From assembly GCF_000039765.1 (NCBI RefSeq), contig NC_004460.2:330001-362000 (forward strand): a stretch of DNA of 32,000 nt, written 5' to 3'. A program made the position numbers and the translations under genes. Below, piece by piece: positions 30,187 to 32,000 of the stretch (its first letter is position 1; each line of letters begins with the position of its first letter). Below the pieces are notes generated by a model, which was not told the origin of the DNA, did not search any database, and worked only from the letters and a program-made list of their open reading frames with translations. The stretch is from Vibrio vulnificus CMCP6 (GTDB lineage: Bacteria; Pseudomonadota; Gammaproteobacteria; Enterobacterales; Vibrionaceae).

Positions 30187-30202
30187 ATTAGACATTGCTA
30201 AT
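30187..30202. promoter_or_regulatory. Candidate ArsR/BigR-type operator copy B
   Basis: ATTAG-ACATTG-CTAAT, identical arms and spacer length to copy A, 45 bp away. Confidence 0.6.
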
Positions 30203-30246
30203 TTAAGTATGTATGGTATGCCTATCAACAACGAGGAGTGCTTGTT

Positions 30247-30432
30247 ATGACAATTGAAAACGGAGTTCGCATTTTGGCAGGTAGCATGGTGTTGCTATCC
30301 CTAGTTCTTACCCAATACGTTCACGAAAATTTTGTTTGGTTGACCGTATTTGTAGGCCTGAATTTGATTCAAAGTGCATTTACGGGCTTTTGCCCAGCCG
30401 TCTTTTTCCTTAAAAAGCTCGGCCTTAAGTAA
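30247..30432 (+). CDS. DUF2892-type small membrane protein (YgaP C-terminal-like)
   Basis: MTIENGVRILAGSMVLLSLVLTQYVHENFVWLTVFVGLNLIQSAFTGFCPAVFFLKKLGLK; GAGGAG RBS at 30233-30238. Confidence 0.85.
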   Translation: MTIENGVRILAGSMVLLSLVLTQYVHENFVWLTVFVGLNLIQSAFTGFCPAVFFLKKLGLK

Positions 30433-30517
30433 TTCGTTTTATTTGACCGAGTTGTCAGAGTTGTTTGCCTTTTCACTCTACAATTCGGTCCAATCCTAAA
30501 ATCAGAGGTTGAATATT

Positions 30518-32000
30518 ATGACTAAAATCGTGATCGTTGGTGGCGTCGCAGGTGGTGCTTCAGCAGCAGCTAGAGCACGTCGTTTGAGTGAAGATGCACA
30601 AATAATCATGTTTGAACGTGGTCCTTTTGTCTCTTTTGCGAATTGCGGCTTGCCTTACCACATTGGTGGCGATATCAAAGAGCGCAGCAAGCTGCTTCTG
30701 CAAACACCAGAGAGCTTTCTAGCACGATTTAATGTTGACGTACGTGTCATGAACGAGATTACTGCGATCAACCGTCACGAAAAAACGGTCACCGTCAAAA
30801 ACTTAATCGATGGTAGCGAATACGCTGAAAGTTATGATTTCCTATTATTGAGCCCTGGAGCTGGGCCAGTTGTGCCACCGATTCCTGGTATCGATAACCC
30901 TCTTACCCATTCTTTGCGCAACATCCCTGATATGGATCGCATCATTCAAACGATTCAAACCAACAACGTTGAACATGCCACGGTGGTTGGAGGTGGATTT
31001 ATCGGCTTAGAAATGATGGAGGCCTTCCATCAATTAGGCATTAAGACCACGTTACTCGAATTGGCTGATCAAGTGATGACTCCTGTTGATCGCGAGATGG
31101 CCGGATTTGCGCATGCGGAAATTCGCGCCAAAGGCATCGATTTACGTTTAGGTACTGCGTTAACCAGCGTTGAGTATATCGCCAATGATCATGTTGCCAG
31201 CGAAAATGCGGGTGAAGATATCCAACATCAGCATATTTCCGGCCATTTGGCGCTGAGCCTGAGTACAGGGGATACGTTAAACACTGATGTTCTGATTATG
31301 GCAATTGGTGTCCGTCCAGAAACCAAACTGGCTCAGCAAGCAGGCCTGCAAATTGGTGAGCTCGGCGGCATCTACACCAACGACATGATGCAAACCAGCG
31401 ATCCTTCTATCTATGCCGTTGGCGATGCAGTAGAAGAAAAAGATTTTGTGACAGGAAAACAAACACTTGTCCCCCTTGCTGGCCCAGCAAACCGTCAAGG
31501 TCGCATGGCAGCAGACAACATGCTTGGCCGCAGTGAGCGCTACCAAGGCACTCAAGGCACCGCGATTTGTAAGATCTTCGATTTGGCCGTTGCATCAACA
31601 GGTAAAAACGAAAAACAACTCAAACGCGATGGTGTCGAGTACGAAAAAGTCTACGTCCATACCGCGAGCCACGCGAGTTACTATCCAGGCGCTGAAATCG
31701 TGTCATTTAAAATGTTGTTTGATCCGAAAACCGGCAAAATTTTTGGTGCGCAAGCCGTCGGAAAAGACGGTGTAGACAAACGTATCGATGTCATGGCCGT
31801 CGCTCAACGCGCGGGAATGACGGTTGAACAACTTCAGCATCTTGAACTGACCTATGCGCCTCCTTACGGCAGTGCAAAAGATGTCATCAACCAAGCAGCA
31901 TTTGTCGCCAACAACTTAATCAAAGGCGACGCAAAAGCGATTCATTTTGATGAGATTGAACACCTGAACGACGACCAATTACTGCTTGATGTGCGCAACC
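30518..32000 (+). CDS. FAD-dependent CoA-disulfide-reductase-like enzyme with C-terminal rhodanese domain, truncated at window edge
   Basis: Manual translation MTKIVIVGGVAGGASAAARARRLSEDAQIIMFERGPFVSFANCGLPYHIGGD...TVVGGGFIGLEMMEAFHQLG...YAVGDAVEE...AKAIHFDEIEHLNDDQLLLDVRN; AGAGGTTG upstream. No stop in the window. Confidence 0.9.
   Translation, partial: MTKIVIVGGVAGGASAAARARRLSEDAQIIMFERGPFVSFANCGLPYHIGGDIKERSKLLLQTPESFLARFNVDVRVMNEITAINRHEKTVTVKNLIDGSEYAESYDFLLLSPGAGPVVPPIPGIDNPLTHSLRNIPDMDRIIQTIQTNNVEHATVVGGGFIGLEMMEAFHQLGIKTTLLELADQVMTPVDREMAGFAHAEIRAKGIDLRLGTALTSVEYIANDHVASENAGEDIQHQHISGHLALSLSTGDTLNTDVLIMAIGVRPETKLAQQAGLQIGELGGIYTNDMMQTSDPSIYAVGDAVEEKDFVTGKQTLVPLAGPANRQGRMAADNMLGRSERYQGTQGTAICKIFDLAVASTGKNEKQLKRDGVEYEKVYVHTASHASYYPGAEIVSFKMLFDPKTGKIFGAQAVGKDGVDKRIDVMAVAQRAGMTVEQLQHLELTYAPPYGSAKDVINQAAFVANNLIKGDAKAIHFDEIEHLNDDQLLLDVRN

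Noticed and set aside
1-32000. CRISPR array, tRNA/rRNA genes, prophage or transposon boundaries
   Set aside because: No spaced direct-repeat arrays, no integrase/transposase coding sequence and no tRNA-like cloverleaf recognised by reading; gene content is housekeeping or metabolic.

Overview
This 32 kb window looks like an ordinary Vibrio chromosomal segment, probably chromosome 2; the species call is inferred from protein relatedness only. It is densely packed with intact genes. I found no integrase, transposase, CRISPR array, tRNA/rRNA, toxin-antitoxin pair or recognisable defence island. From left to right it carries: a truncated VxrA/WigK-type histidine kinase, pntB-pntA, a HlyU-domain and a ComFB-domain protein, two GGEEF diguanylate cyclases around a solitary outer-membrane barrel gene, a MarR/EamA divergent pair, modCBA with an upstream cobyric acid synthase gene, a YgiW-like OB-fold protein, a small outer-membrane protein, a retropepsin-like 'zinc protease' lipoprotein, an aromatic/aspartate aminotransferase, an MCP, nrdG-nrdD, an endo/exonuclease-phosphatase, an RND pump with its adaptor, a split YeeE/YedE pair, an ArsR-family regulator, a DUF2892-like protein and a truncated CoA-disulfide-reductase-like enzyme with the start of a rhodanese domain. 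I did not find a clearly novel system. The most noteworthy signals are in intergenic DNA: (i) two ATTAG-N6-CTAAT inverted repeats between the BigR-like ArsR regulator and the divergent sulfur genes; (ii) two MarR-type operators between marR and eamA; (iii) a stacked nrdD control region with a DnaA-box match, two NrdR-box-like elements 31 bp apart and an exact FNR-box match; (iv) two perfect inverted repeats upstream of pntA; (v) a 15-bp-stem inverted repeat with an internal hairpin downstream of the MCP. The possible extension of a persulfide/sulfur-stress operon with an RND pump is the most interesting gene-level arrangement.
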